64,000 nt of DNA, taken from assembly GCA_937946835.1 (NCBI GenBank), contig CALFAV010000026.1:39228-103227 (forward strand). The letters run 5' to 3'. Made by a program: the position numbers and the translations under genes. Under the pieces are notes generated by a model. It ran no database searches, was not told the origin of the DNA, and was given only the letters and a program-made list of their open reading frames with translations. The stretch is from an uncultured Verrucomicrobiae bacterium. GTDB taxonomy: Bacteria; Verrucomicrobiota; Verrucomicrobiia; Limisphaerales; J093. This document shows, piece by piece, positions 8,916 through 18,400 of the stretch (position 1 is the first letter of the stretch; each line of letters opens with the position of its first letter).

Positions 8916-10670
8916 ATGGCCGGAGAGCCGCGGGCGTCGGAAGCGGGAGCCGCCGGGTCCGCGGCGGCCGGTGGGGCCCACATCGCGCGTGTGAAACGAC
9001 TGTTGGGAAGCGTTTACCTGGGGCTGGGGCTGCTGGCCGTGCTCGGCGCCCTGCTGGTACCCGCGTACCTGCGCAGCGTGGACGCCGCGGTGATCACGCA
9101 CGCCGGGGCGAACGGGCCCACGCTGGTGCACGAGGCCTTGCAGGCGGCGCGCCTGGACAAGCTCGGCACGGCGGTGCTCCTCGCCCAGGCCGCCCTGGCC
9201 GCAGAAGTACCCGAGGCCACCACCACGCTCTACGCCGTGCAACGTCAGCGTGGCGAACAACCCCTGCCCGCGGTGTGGGGGGGCGGCAATTCCCTCCTGC
9301 GCCAGGTGTGCGTGCCCCCGGGTGAAATCCCCCCCACCGGCGACACGGTCATCGAGGTGCTCCTGCCCGAGGCGCCCCGCGCTGCGCTGGCGCGGTTCCT
9401 GGGCGCGTCCCGGCGCGCCGATGTACAGGAAGTGTTGCGTGCCCGTAGCTGGCAGAACACCGCCCTGTACCCGCCGGTCAGTTCGGCCTCCGGTCAGCCC
9501 CTGGATGCCGCGGTCCTGTTGACCGGGCTGTTGCTGCAGGCCGAGGCGGTGTCCCCCACCCTGCGCCAACAACTCGAGGAACTCGCCGGCCAGGCCAATC
9601 GCACCGGCGACACCGCGCGTTTTGAATTGTGGTGCCTGAACCTGACCACACTGGCCAAGCGCCTGACCTGGGACCAGTTTCTGGCCTTCATGGGCGGAGT
9701 GCCCGACCTCGAGGGCATGCGCACCCTGGCCCGGGAGATCACCCTCGCGCCCGCCGAGCTGCCCGTAATCTTTGCCGCGCTGCAACTGGCCGCGCGTCCC
9801 GGCGCGGTGGCCGAGTACCTGCGCGACTTTCCCCAAACCGGGGTGCGCGACCTGCGCCACGCGCTGGCGGCGGGTCGCCACGGCCTGAACCGGCTCCTGG
9901 ACCGCGGCCAGCCGATTTGCCACGCGGGCTGGCGGGCCTGGGTGCTGGCGGTGCCGGGTGCCAGTACCGCGTTCGGCTGGATTGTGGCCCTGGCGGCGCG
10001 CAGCACCCTGCTGGCGCTGTTGCTCAAATACCTGCTCTGGCTGGACGGCGCGTTTCTGGTGGCGCGCGGGATTGCCTGCCTGGCCCCGCCCCCGAATCCG
10101 CTGGAGCGCCCGCTGGAGGTGCGCGGCATCCGCACGTTGCGCCAACAGACCGCGGCCGGTCTGGTGATGGTGCTGGCCTTGATTTTGGGCGAACCCGGGC
10201 TGGCCCGGGCCCAGAGCCCGCCACCCGCGCCCACCCTGGGGCTTTTGACCAAGAACAACCCGGCGGCGGTCGCGCAGACCCCGCCCCCTGCTCCCCGTGT
10301 TATGACCAACCAAGCCAACTGGATCGCCCTCGCCGTGTTCTTCACGGTGCAGATGACCGTGTACCTCGTCGGCCTGATCAAGCTGCGCGAGATCAAACGC
10401 CAGCCGCTGCCCAGCCGGTTGAAAATCCGGCTCCTCGACAACGAGGAGAATCTCTTTGACACCGGATTGTACATCGGTTTGGGCGGCACCGGCCTGGCGC
10501 TGGTGCTCATGGCCTTGAACCTGTTCACCGCCAGCCCGATGATCGCCTACGCCTCGACCGGCTTCGGCGTGTTGTTCGCCTCCCTGCTCAAAATCATCCA
10601 CGTCCGCACCTACCGGCGCGCCCTCATTTTGCAGGCGGCCGAGGAGGCGGCCGAACCGGCCACGCCATGA
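8916..10670 (+). CDS. Polytopic membrane protein with a MotA/TolQ/ExbB-like C-terminal helix block
   Basis: ORF 8916..10670 (alternative GTG start at 8991). Several hydrophobic helices. The last three (nt 10317-10600) are NWIALAVFFTVQMTVYLVGLI, LFDTGLYIGLGGTGLALVLMAL and MIAYASTGFGVLFASLLKII. Its stop overlaps the next start (ATGA at 10667-10670). Confidence 0.6.
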   Translation: MAGEPRASEAGAAGSAAAGGAHIARVKRLLGSVYLGLGLLAVLGALLVPAYLRSVDAAVITHAGANGPTLVHEALQAARLDKLGTAVLLAQAALAAEVPEATTTLYAVQRQRGEQPLPAVWGGGNSLLRQVCVPPGEIPPTGDTVIEVLLPEAPRAALARFLGASRRADVQEVLRARSWQNTALYPPVSSASGQPLDAAVLLTGLLLQAEAVSPTLRQQLEELAGQANRTGDTARFELWCLNLTTLAKRLTWDQFLAFMGGVPDLEGMRTLAREITLAPAELPVIFAALQLAARPGAVAEYLRDFPQTGVRDLRHALAAGRHGLNRLLDRGQPICHAGWRAWVLAVPGASTAFGWIVALAARSTLLALLLKYLLWLDGAFLVARGIACLAPPPNPLERPLEVRGIRTLRQQTAAGLVMVLALILGEPGLARAQSPPPAPTLGLLTKNNPAAVAQTPPPAPRVMTNQANWIALAVFFTVQMTVYLVGLIKLREIKRQPLPSRLKIRLLDNEENLFDTGLYIGLGGTGLALVLMALNLFTASPMIAYASTGFGVLFASLLKIIHVRTYRRALILQAAEEAAEPATP

Positions 10671-12157
10671 ATCGCGCCGTCCTCGTCGTCCTGGTGGACT
10701 TTTTGCTGATCAGCCTGGTCACGCTGTTCAGCTCGCAGCGGAGCCTGGAGCTGGGCCAGGCCAACGCCGGGGCGCAAATCAGCGTCGAGGTCAAGGCCGT
10801 GCAGGACATGCTCGAGGTCCTGCAACTGGCGTTGCAGCGGGAGCAAACCGCGCAGGGGGAGTTGCGCCAGCAACTGGACCGCACCCGGCAACTGGCCGAG
10901 GCCCGCCAGCAGGAGCTGGCCCAACGGGACGAGCAGCTCCGCGCCGCCGCGGCCAGCCTGCGCGCGGCCGAACAAACCGCGCAGCAGTTGGCAGCGGAAC
11001 GCGACCGTCTCCAGCAGGCCCAGCTTCAGGCCCAGCAGCAAATGGCCCAGCTCGAGGCCCAACGCGCCGGGGCGCAGGAACGCATCCAGCGGCTTCAGGA
11101 AGACCTGACCCGGGCCACGACCGAGGCCACGACCACCCGCGCCAGCACCGAGGCCCTGCAGTCCGAACTGGCCGCCCGCCGGGCCGAGGTCCAGCGCCTG
11201 CAAGAGCAGATCGCCGCCCTCCAAAACGTCGCCCTGAGCGCTCAGGCCGAAAAAGCGCGCCTGGCCTCGAATCTGGCCCAGGTGGCCACCGAGGCCGCCC
11301 AGTACCGCGAACGGCTCCAGGAAAACCGCCAGCAACTGGCGGTGCTCGAGCAGGACCGGGAGCGCCTCCACGAACATGCCTCGACCCTGGCCAAGGGCCT
11401 CGACACCCTGGCCGCGGGCTCCCAACTGCTGGCCGAGGAGATCCGGTCCGACCGCGAGCTGGCCCCCAACACCATTTACAAACGTTACCTGGCCAACCGC
11501 GTGGACAGCAGCTTCCGCGCGACCCGCCCCGGGCTGTTTGGCCTGCGCTCGGGCGATGTCCGGGTCGAGGAGGTGGTGCTCTTTCAGGATGCCGGCCGGG
11601 TTTTCGCCCTGTTCCACATTCACCACACCCCGTTGCCCACGCTGCCGGGCGGCCCGGATTGGGAAGAAATCACCGGGACCCTCAGCCGGGGCAGCGCCAC
11701 GGTCCCGCTTTCGGCCCTGTCGTTTGTGGCCTCGGACCCGCGGGTGCTGGTGGCGCCCCTGGATGAAAGCGCCGTGCGCGCGCTCGGGGTCGAGCCTTTT
11801 GCGGTCTCCGAGGACCCGGCCAAGTTTCAGGATGCCGTGGTGGTGGGCGGCAAGGAGGGCTATTACGGCGAAGTCGAGTTCAAGCTGGTACCCGGTCTGC
11901 CCCGCTACCTGAAGATGCAACGCCGCCCGCTGGGCAAAATTTTCGGCAAGTTTTCCCCCTCCCGCGGCGACCTGGCCTTCAGCAAACAGGGCGAGTTGCT
12001 CGGCATCATGGTCAACAGCCAGTACTGCGCCCTGGTCCAGAGTCTGCCGCCGGCGCGGCTGGTCCGCTTGGGGAAGGAAATCGCCCAGCAGCGCACCAGC
12101 CAGATCGGCGCGGAAGTGGCGCGCCGGCTCCAATCCCTGCCCCTGAGCCTGCAATAG
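10667..12157 (+). CDS. Membrane-anchored coiled-coil protein with an ExbD/TolR/MotB-like Asp-containing TM helix
   Basis: MNRAVLVVLVDFLLISLVTLF is a single N-terminal TM helix with a lone Asp (codon 10697-10699). About 250 residues of Q/A/E/L/R heptad-like sequence follow. The roughly 220-aa C-terminal domain contains GDLAFSKQGELLGIMVN. Confidence 0.6.
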   Translation: MNRAVLVVLVDFLLISLVTLFSSQRSLELGQANAGAQISVEVKAVQDMLEVLQLALQREQTAQGELRQQLDRTRQLAEARQQELAQRDEQLRAAAASLRAAEQTAQQLAAERDRLQQAQLQAQQQMAQLEAQRAGAQERIQRLQEDLTRATTEATTTRASTEALQSELAARRAEVQRLQEQIAALQNVALSAQAEKARLASNLAQVATEAAQYRERLQENRQQLAVLEQDRERLHEHASTLAKGLDTLAAGSQLLAEEIRSDRELAPNTIYKRYLANRVDSSFRATRPGLFGLRSGDVRVEEVVLFQDAGRVFALFHIHHTPLPTLPGGPDWEEITGTLSRGSATVPLSALSFVASDPRVLVAPLDESAVRALGVEPFAVSEDPAKFQDAVVVGGKEGYYGEVEFKLVPGLPRYLKMQRRPLGKIFGKFSPSRGDLAFSKQGELLGIMVNSQYCALVQSLPPARLVRLGKEIAQQRTSQIGAEVARRLQSLPLSLQ

Positions 12158-12386
12158 CTCCCACGGCCCGCCTCGTCGGCCCGGACTACAATCCCGGCGG
12201 GGGACAAGCGCCCGGGTTGCTTCCCGAGCCCCGGCGGTTTTCCCACGGCCACGCGCGGGCGGCGTCGGGCGGGAAATCTGCTTTTCGCGGCGCGCGACCG
12301 GGTTAAGGTGGGGCGTCCGAGCCGGCGCCGGCAGCACCGGTCGCCCTCTGGACCCGTGCAGGACACATTGGAATTGCCAAAAGATC

Positions 12387-13856
12387 ATGGAACCCCGCGC
12401 TGACATCGCCGTGATCGGACTGGCCGTCATGGGCCAGAACCTGATCCTGAACATGAACGACCACGGCTTCACCGTCGTGGCCTACAACCGCACCGTCTCG
12501 AAGGTGGACGAGTTCCTGGCCAACGAGGCCAAGGGCACCAACATCCTCGGCGCGCATTCGCTCCAGGAAATGGCCGCGCTGCTCAAAAAACCCCGCCGCG
12601 TCATGCTCATGGTCAAGGCTGGCGCGCCGGTGGACGAGTTCATCGAGCAGTTGCTCGGCGTGCTGGAGCCGGGCGACATCATCATTGACGGGGGCAACTC
12701 GCTCTTCGAGGACACCATCCGTCGCGCGAAATACGTCGAGAGCAAGGGCCTGCTCTACATCGGCACGGGCGTGTCCGGCGGCGAAGAGGGCGCGCGCCAC
12801 GGGCCGAGCATTATGCCCGGTGGCAGCCCCGCCGCCTGGCCGCACGTCAAACCCATCTTTCAGGCCATCGCCGCCAAGGTCACCGATCCCAAAACCGGCG
12901 CTGTCGAGCCGTGCTGCGACTGGGTCGGCGAAGGGGGGGCCGGCCATTACGTCAAAATGGTCCACAACGGCATCGAATACGGCGACATGCAGCTCATCGG
13001 CGAGGCCTACCACATCCTGAAGGACGGTCTGGGTCTGAGCGCCGACGAAATGAGCGCCGTCTTCGGCGAGTGGAATCAGGGCGAACTGCAGTCCTACCTC
13101 ATCGAAATCACGCGCGACATCCTCGCCTTCAAGGACGCCGACGGCCAGCCGCTGGTGGACAAAATCCTCGACACCGCCGGCCAGAAAGGCACGGGCAAGT
13201 GGACGGTGATTTCCTCGGCCGAACTGGGCATCCCCATTACGCTCATCGCCGAGGCCGTCTATGCGCGGTGCGTTTCGGCCATGAAAGAGCAGCGCCTCGA
13301 GGCCGCCAGGGTCTTCAAGCCCTCCAACCCGCGTTTCCCCGGCGACCGGCAGGCGTGGATTCGCGACCTGCGCCGCGCCCTCTACGCCGCCAAAATCATC
13401 AGCTACGCGCAGGGCTACCTGCTCATGCGCGCCGCCGCCCAGCACTACGGCTGGAATCTCAACTACGGCGGCATCGCCCTGATGTGGCGCGGCGGCTGCA
13501 TCATCCGCAGCGTGTTTTTGGGCGAAATCAAAAAGGCCTTCGACCGCAACCCGAACCTGGAAAACCTGCTGCTGGATCCGTTCTTCCGGAAGGCGGTCCG
13601 CAGCGCGCAACGTCCCTGGCGCAAGGTGGTGAGCACCGCGCTGCGCAAGGGCATCCCCGTGCCCGCGTTCAGCACGGCGCTGGCCTTTTTCGACGGCCTG
13701 CGCACCGAGCGCCTGCCGGCGAACCTGCTCCAGGCCCAGCGCGACTACTTCGGCGCGCACACCTATGAACGGGTGGACGCCCCACGCGGCCAGTTCTTCC
13801 ACACCAACTGGACCGGCAGCGGCGGGCGCGTGGCCAGCGGCTCGTACACGGTATGA
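12387..13856 (+). CDS. gnd: 6-phosphogluconate dehydrogenase (decarboxylating)
   Basis: DIAVIGLAVMGQNLILNMNDHGFTVVAYNRT (NADP fold), GTGVSGGEEGARHGPSIMPGG, HYVKMVHNGIEYGDMQLI, RDYFGAHTYERVD. Confidence 0.92.
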   Translation: MEPRADIAVIGLAVMGQNLILNMNDHGFTVVAYNRTVSKVDEFLANEAKGTNILGAHSLQEMAALLKKPRRVMLMVKAGAPVDEFIEQLLGVLEPGDIIIDGGNSLFEDTIRRAKYVESKGLLYIGTGVSGGEEGARHGPSIMPGGSPAAWPHVKPIFQAIAAKVTDPKTGAVEPCCDWVGEGGAGHYVKMVHNGIEYGDMQLIGEAYHILKDGLGLSADEMSAVFGEWNQGELQSYLIEITRDILAFKDADGQPLVDKILDTAGQKGTGKWTVISSAELGIPITLIAEAVYARCVSAMKEQRLEAARVFKPSNPRFPGDRQAWIRDLRRALYAAKIISYAQGYLLMRAAAQHYGWNLNYGGIALMWRGGCIIRSVFLGEIKKAFDRNPNLENLLLDPFFRKAVRSAQRPWRKVVSTALRKGIPVPAFSTALAFFDGLRTERLPANLLQAQRDYFGAHTYERVDAPRGQFFHTNWTGSGGRVASGSYTV

Positions 13857-15355
13857 TGGCCCCCGGTTCGCCAGGGTTGTTCCGGCTGCTCGACGCCGGG
13901 TTGGAACGGACGATCCGGGAAATGAATCCGTGGTGGCGCGGGGAACCCGTGCCCGACGTGGCCCGGATCCGACGCTGGGCCTTTGAACCCGTGCTGCAGG
14001 GGTTGCTCCGGGGGCCGGCCCCGGCGGTGTTGTTGCGCGGACCGCGCCAGGTCGGCAAAACCACACTCCAGTTGCAGGTGATTGATCACCTGCTCCGGGA
14101 AGGCGTCGCGCTCACGCGCATCTTCCGGCTCCAGTTTGATGAATTGTCCTCGCTGCGCGGGCTGTCCATGCCCCTTCTCGAGCTGGCCTATTGGTTTTCC
14201 GACCACATCCGCCGGGAGACGCTGCCGCGGGCCACCAGCCGGGGAGAACCGGTGTTTCTTTTTTTGGATGAGGTGCAGAACCTGCCCGACTGGGCGCCGC
14301 AAGTGAAGAACCTGGTGGACGTAAGCCGGGTGCGCGCCCTGGTCACCGGCAGCTCGGCGCTGCGTATCGAGGCGGGCCGGGACAGTCTGGCAGGCCGGGT
14401 GTCCACACTCGAGATGAGGCCGCTGCTGCTGCGGGAAATTGCCCAGTTTCACAACGAACTGCCCCCCGTCCCCCTGCTTCCACACAACGGGCTGGCTCCG
14501 CTCAAGGAAAAGCAGTTCTGGCTGGAGCTGCGCGAGTTTGGTCGGCAGCACGCCGCCCTCCGCCACCGGGCCTTTGCCGCCTTCGACGAACAGGGGGGCT
14601 ACCCGGTGGCGCACGCCCGTCCGGATCTGCCCTGGGACCAGGTGGCGGATTTTCTCAACGAGACCGTGATCCGTCGGGCCATTCAACACGATTTGCGCCT
14701 GGGACCGCGGGGGGGCCAAGCGGGACGAAACCCTGCTCGAGGAGGTTTTCCGCCTCGTCTGCCGCTATCTTGGACAGGCCCCGGCCTCCAGACTTTACCT
14801 GGAAGAAATCCGCCGGGCCATGGATGCCAACGTGGGTTGGCAGCGCATCCTGACCTATCTGAGATTCCTGGATGCCACGCTGCTGATTCGCCTGATCGAG
14901 CCGCTGGAAATCAGGCTCAAGAAGCGCCGGGGGGCGCCCAAGCTCTGCCTGTGCGATCACGCGTTGCGGGCGGCGTGGTTGCTGGAAGTGGTCCCGCTGG
15001 CGCCGGCCAAACTGGAGGCGCAACCTCACCTGACGGACCTGGCGGGCCACATCGCCGAAAGCACGACGGGGTATTTCTTTCGTTCGATCATCGGCCTGGA
15101 CGTGGCGCACTTTCCCGAACGCGCCATCGAGCCGGAGGTGGACTACGTGATCACCGTGGGGGGCAACGGATTCCGGTGGAAGTCAAGTACCGCCGCCATA
15201 TCACCCACGAAGACACCCGCGGCCTGCGGGCAATGCTCGAAAAAACCGTCCATGGCGCCCGCTTCGGCCTGCTGGTGACCCTGAGTGACGATCCGGCCTC
15301 GGATGATCCACGAATCGTCAGCCTGCCGTTGTCCACACTGTTGTTGTTGCGCTGA
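13853..15355 (+). pseudogene. AAA-family ATPase with DUF4143-like domain, disrupted by two compensating frameshifts (or homopolymer assembly errors)
   Basis: Frame 2 reads LLRGPRQVGKTTL (Walker A), FLFLDEVQ (Walker B) and VTGSSA up to ...AIQHDLRLG. After the G7 run at 14709-14715 the sensible reading moves to frame 3: KRDETLLEEVFRLVCRY...WQRILTYLRFLDATLLIRLIEP...EVDYVITVGG. After the G6 run at 15158-15163 it returns to frame 2: QRIPVEVKYRRHITHEDTRGLRAMLEK. Confidence 0.7.
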
Positions 15356-15445
15356 GAATCGGAGCGCTCCCGGGGCGCGACAGCCGGCGGCTCGTCAACC
15401 CGGGGTTGCGCCGCCGGCGCGCGCCTACAACACTCCCGCCCGCGC

Positions 15446-18400
15446 ATGACCGTGCGGTTGATCCAAACCCCCGCCCCGGGTGAGCGGCGGGTGTGCTTTG
15501 TCGGCGACCGGCTGCGGTTCACGCTCCGCGTGGACCCGCCCGGGCCCTGGCCGCAGGGCTGGTGCGGGTACCTGCGCACCAACCTCGGCCGCGGCGCCGT
15601 GCTCTGGGAAGAACTGCTCACCGCGGTCGAGCAGCGCAAACCGCCCACCCTCTGTGCCTGGCGCGACATCCCGATGCGGCGCGAGGGCGAGGTCTGGGTG
15701 CTGGACCTGCCGCTGGCCGAGGTGGGCTGGTTTCGCGCCAAGGCCTGCGCGGTGGACGCGCGCGGCTGGCTGCACTGGCCGGAGGGCCCTGATTTCGGCG
15801 TGAACGTGCAACCGGCCTGGTGCCGCACGGCCAACACGATTTACTGCGCCTTCCCGCGCCAGTTCGGGCCCTCCAAAACCGCGCGCGTGACCGAGCCGCC
15901 GGCCCACGCGGCCGAAATCGCCACGCTGGACCGGGCCGGTTACACGGTCATCCCGCCCTCGGGCAAGCTCCGTGACCTGACGCGCGAGCTGCCGCACATT
16001 TTCGACACGCTGGGTTGCCGCATCCTGCACCTGCTGCCGATCAATCCGGTGCCCACCACTTACGCGCGCTTCGGCCGGTTTGGCAGCCCGTACGCCGCGC
16101 AGGATTTTCTGGCCATTGACCCGGCGCTGGTCGAGTTCGACGGCCGCACCACCGGCGTGGACCAGTTCCGCGAGCTGACCCGGGCCGTCCACGCGCGCGG
16201 CGGCCGCGTCTTCCTGGACCTGGCCATCAATCACACCGGCTGGGGGTCCACCTTTCAGGAGCGGCACCCGGAATGGTTCCTGCGGGATGCCGGCGGCCGG
16301 TTTGTCAGCCCCGGGGCCTGGGGCACGATCTGGGAGGACCTGGTCGAGTTGGACCACCGCCACGCCGCGCTGCGCCGAGAATTGGGGGAAATCTTCGTCG
16401 AATGGTGCCGCCGCGGGGTGGACGGCTTTCGGTGCGACGCCGGGTACAAGGTGCCGCTGCCGGTGTGGCAGTACCTCATCGCGCGCGTGCGCCGGGAATT
16501 CCCGGACACGGTCTTCCTGCTCGAGGGCCTGGGCGGTTCCTGGGAGGCCACCGAGGCCCTGCTGACCGAGGGGGGGATGCAGTGGGCCTACTCGGAGTTG
16601 TTCCAAAACTACAGTGGCCGCGACGTGGCCGGATACCTCGACTACGCCCTGCGCCAGAGCGAACGGGTGGGCCTGTACGTGCATTACAGTGAAACCCACG
16701 ACAACCCCCGCCTGGCCGCCCGCGGCCGGGCCTGGTCGCTGCTGCGCAACCGGCTCTGCGCGCTGACCAGTGTGTCCGGAGCCTTTGGCTTTACCTGCGG
16801 GGTGGAGTGGCTGGCCCCCGAGCGGGTCAACGTCCATTCCAGTCGCGGTCTGGCCTGGGGCAATCCGGACAATCTGGTGGCCGAACTCGGGCGGTTGAAC
16901 CGGCTGCTGGCCGAGCACCCCTGCTTCTTTGACCACGCGCGCCTGACGCGCCTCAGCCCGCCGGACGCGCCCGTGTACGCGCTGTTGCGGGAATCGGCCG
17001 AGGGCCGCGACGCCGTGCTGGTGCTGGTGAACACCGATCCGGACGCCGCCCACACCTGTCGCTTGGACGCCGACCAGTTGGCGCGCGCGCGTCTGCATTT
17101 TGCCACCGACGCCCCGGCCTTGCCGGTGGACCTGCTGGGGCAGTCGCCGCCGGCCTGGGAGCCGGATGCGGACCGCGCCGTGCGCCTGCGCCTGCCGGCC
17201 GGTGGGGCCTACTGTCTGGCGGCGCAAGCCGCCCCCGCGGGCCGGCACGGCGAGGCGTACCGGCTCCAGCGCGCCCGCGAAGCCCTCGCCCTGCAGGTGC
17301 TCGGCCAACATCTGCCGGTCGAAAGGCTCGGCCGGGTGGATCTCTCCACTTTGGCCGAATGGCTGGCCCGGGACCCGGCCGGTGCACTGGCCGCGGTGGC
17401 GGCCCTGCCGGCAGAGCTGCCCGAAGAGCAGGTCCCGGCGGCGTTGCAACCGGCCCACTCCGGTTATCCGCGCGTGGTGGAATGGCGCCTGCCCGACCGC
17501 GCTCGGGTCGTGCCCATCCCGGCCGGCCACTGGTTGTTGGTTTGGGAAGCACATCCGTTTCGCGCCACGCTGGAGGTGCCCGGTGCGCCGGCACCGGTGC
17601 ATCTCGAGTCCACACCGGTGCACGCCGGCCACGTGGCCGTGTTCACGCCCCGCCCCGGCCCGGCGGAAGCCACATTGACGCTGGAGCGCTACGGCCCGGG
17701 CGAGGCGGCGGTCCGCGGCACCCTCCGGTTTCTCGCCTCGGGGCCGGCCCAGCCGGGGCCGTCGCTTGGGGAAGGGCGGGTGTTGCTCACCAACGGCCGC
17801 GGCGGCATGGCTCGCCTGGCGGTCAACCTGGGCGCCATCGAGTCGAAGTACGACTGCCTGTTGGGCGCGAACCTTCACCCCGATCTGCCGGTGGACCGGC
17901 ACATTCTGGCCAAGCGCGCCCGGGTCTGGATCAACGCGGATGGGTTCCTGTCCCCCTTGAACGCGGACAACCTGCTGGAGTTCTCGCCCGAGCCGCCGCC
18001 CCGCTGGCGCTTCCTGGCGCACGCCGGGGACGGGCGCGGGGTGGAGATTCACCTCACGGCGGCCATGTTGTCCGGGCGCAACACCACCGTGCTGCGGTTT
18101 CATCGGCCGGAACGGCCCCCGCCCCTGGGCAAGCCGCTCCCGCCCACCGCCGACGTGCGCCTGACGGTGCGCGTGGACCTGGAAGACCGGAACTTCCACC
18201 ACGAAACCAAGCACAACCCGGGCACGGACCAGCATTTCCGCCGTCATCTGCGCGGGTTGGAACCGCGGCCCGGATTCGAGTTTGCGCCCGCGGCGGATCG
18301 CCGCCTGCGGGTCTGGGCCACGACCGGCCGGTATCACGACGCCCCGGAGTGGTGCTTCAACATCGCCCACCCCGTCGAGCAAAGCCGGGGATTGGAGGGC

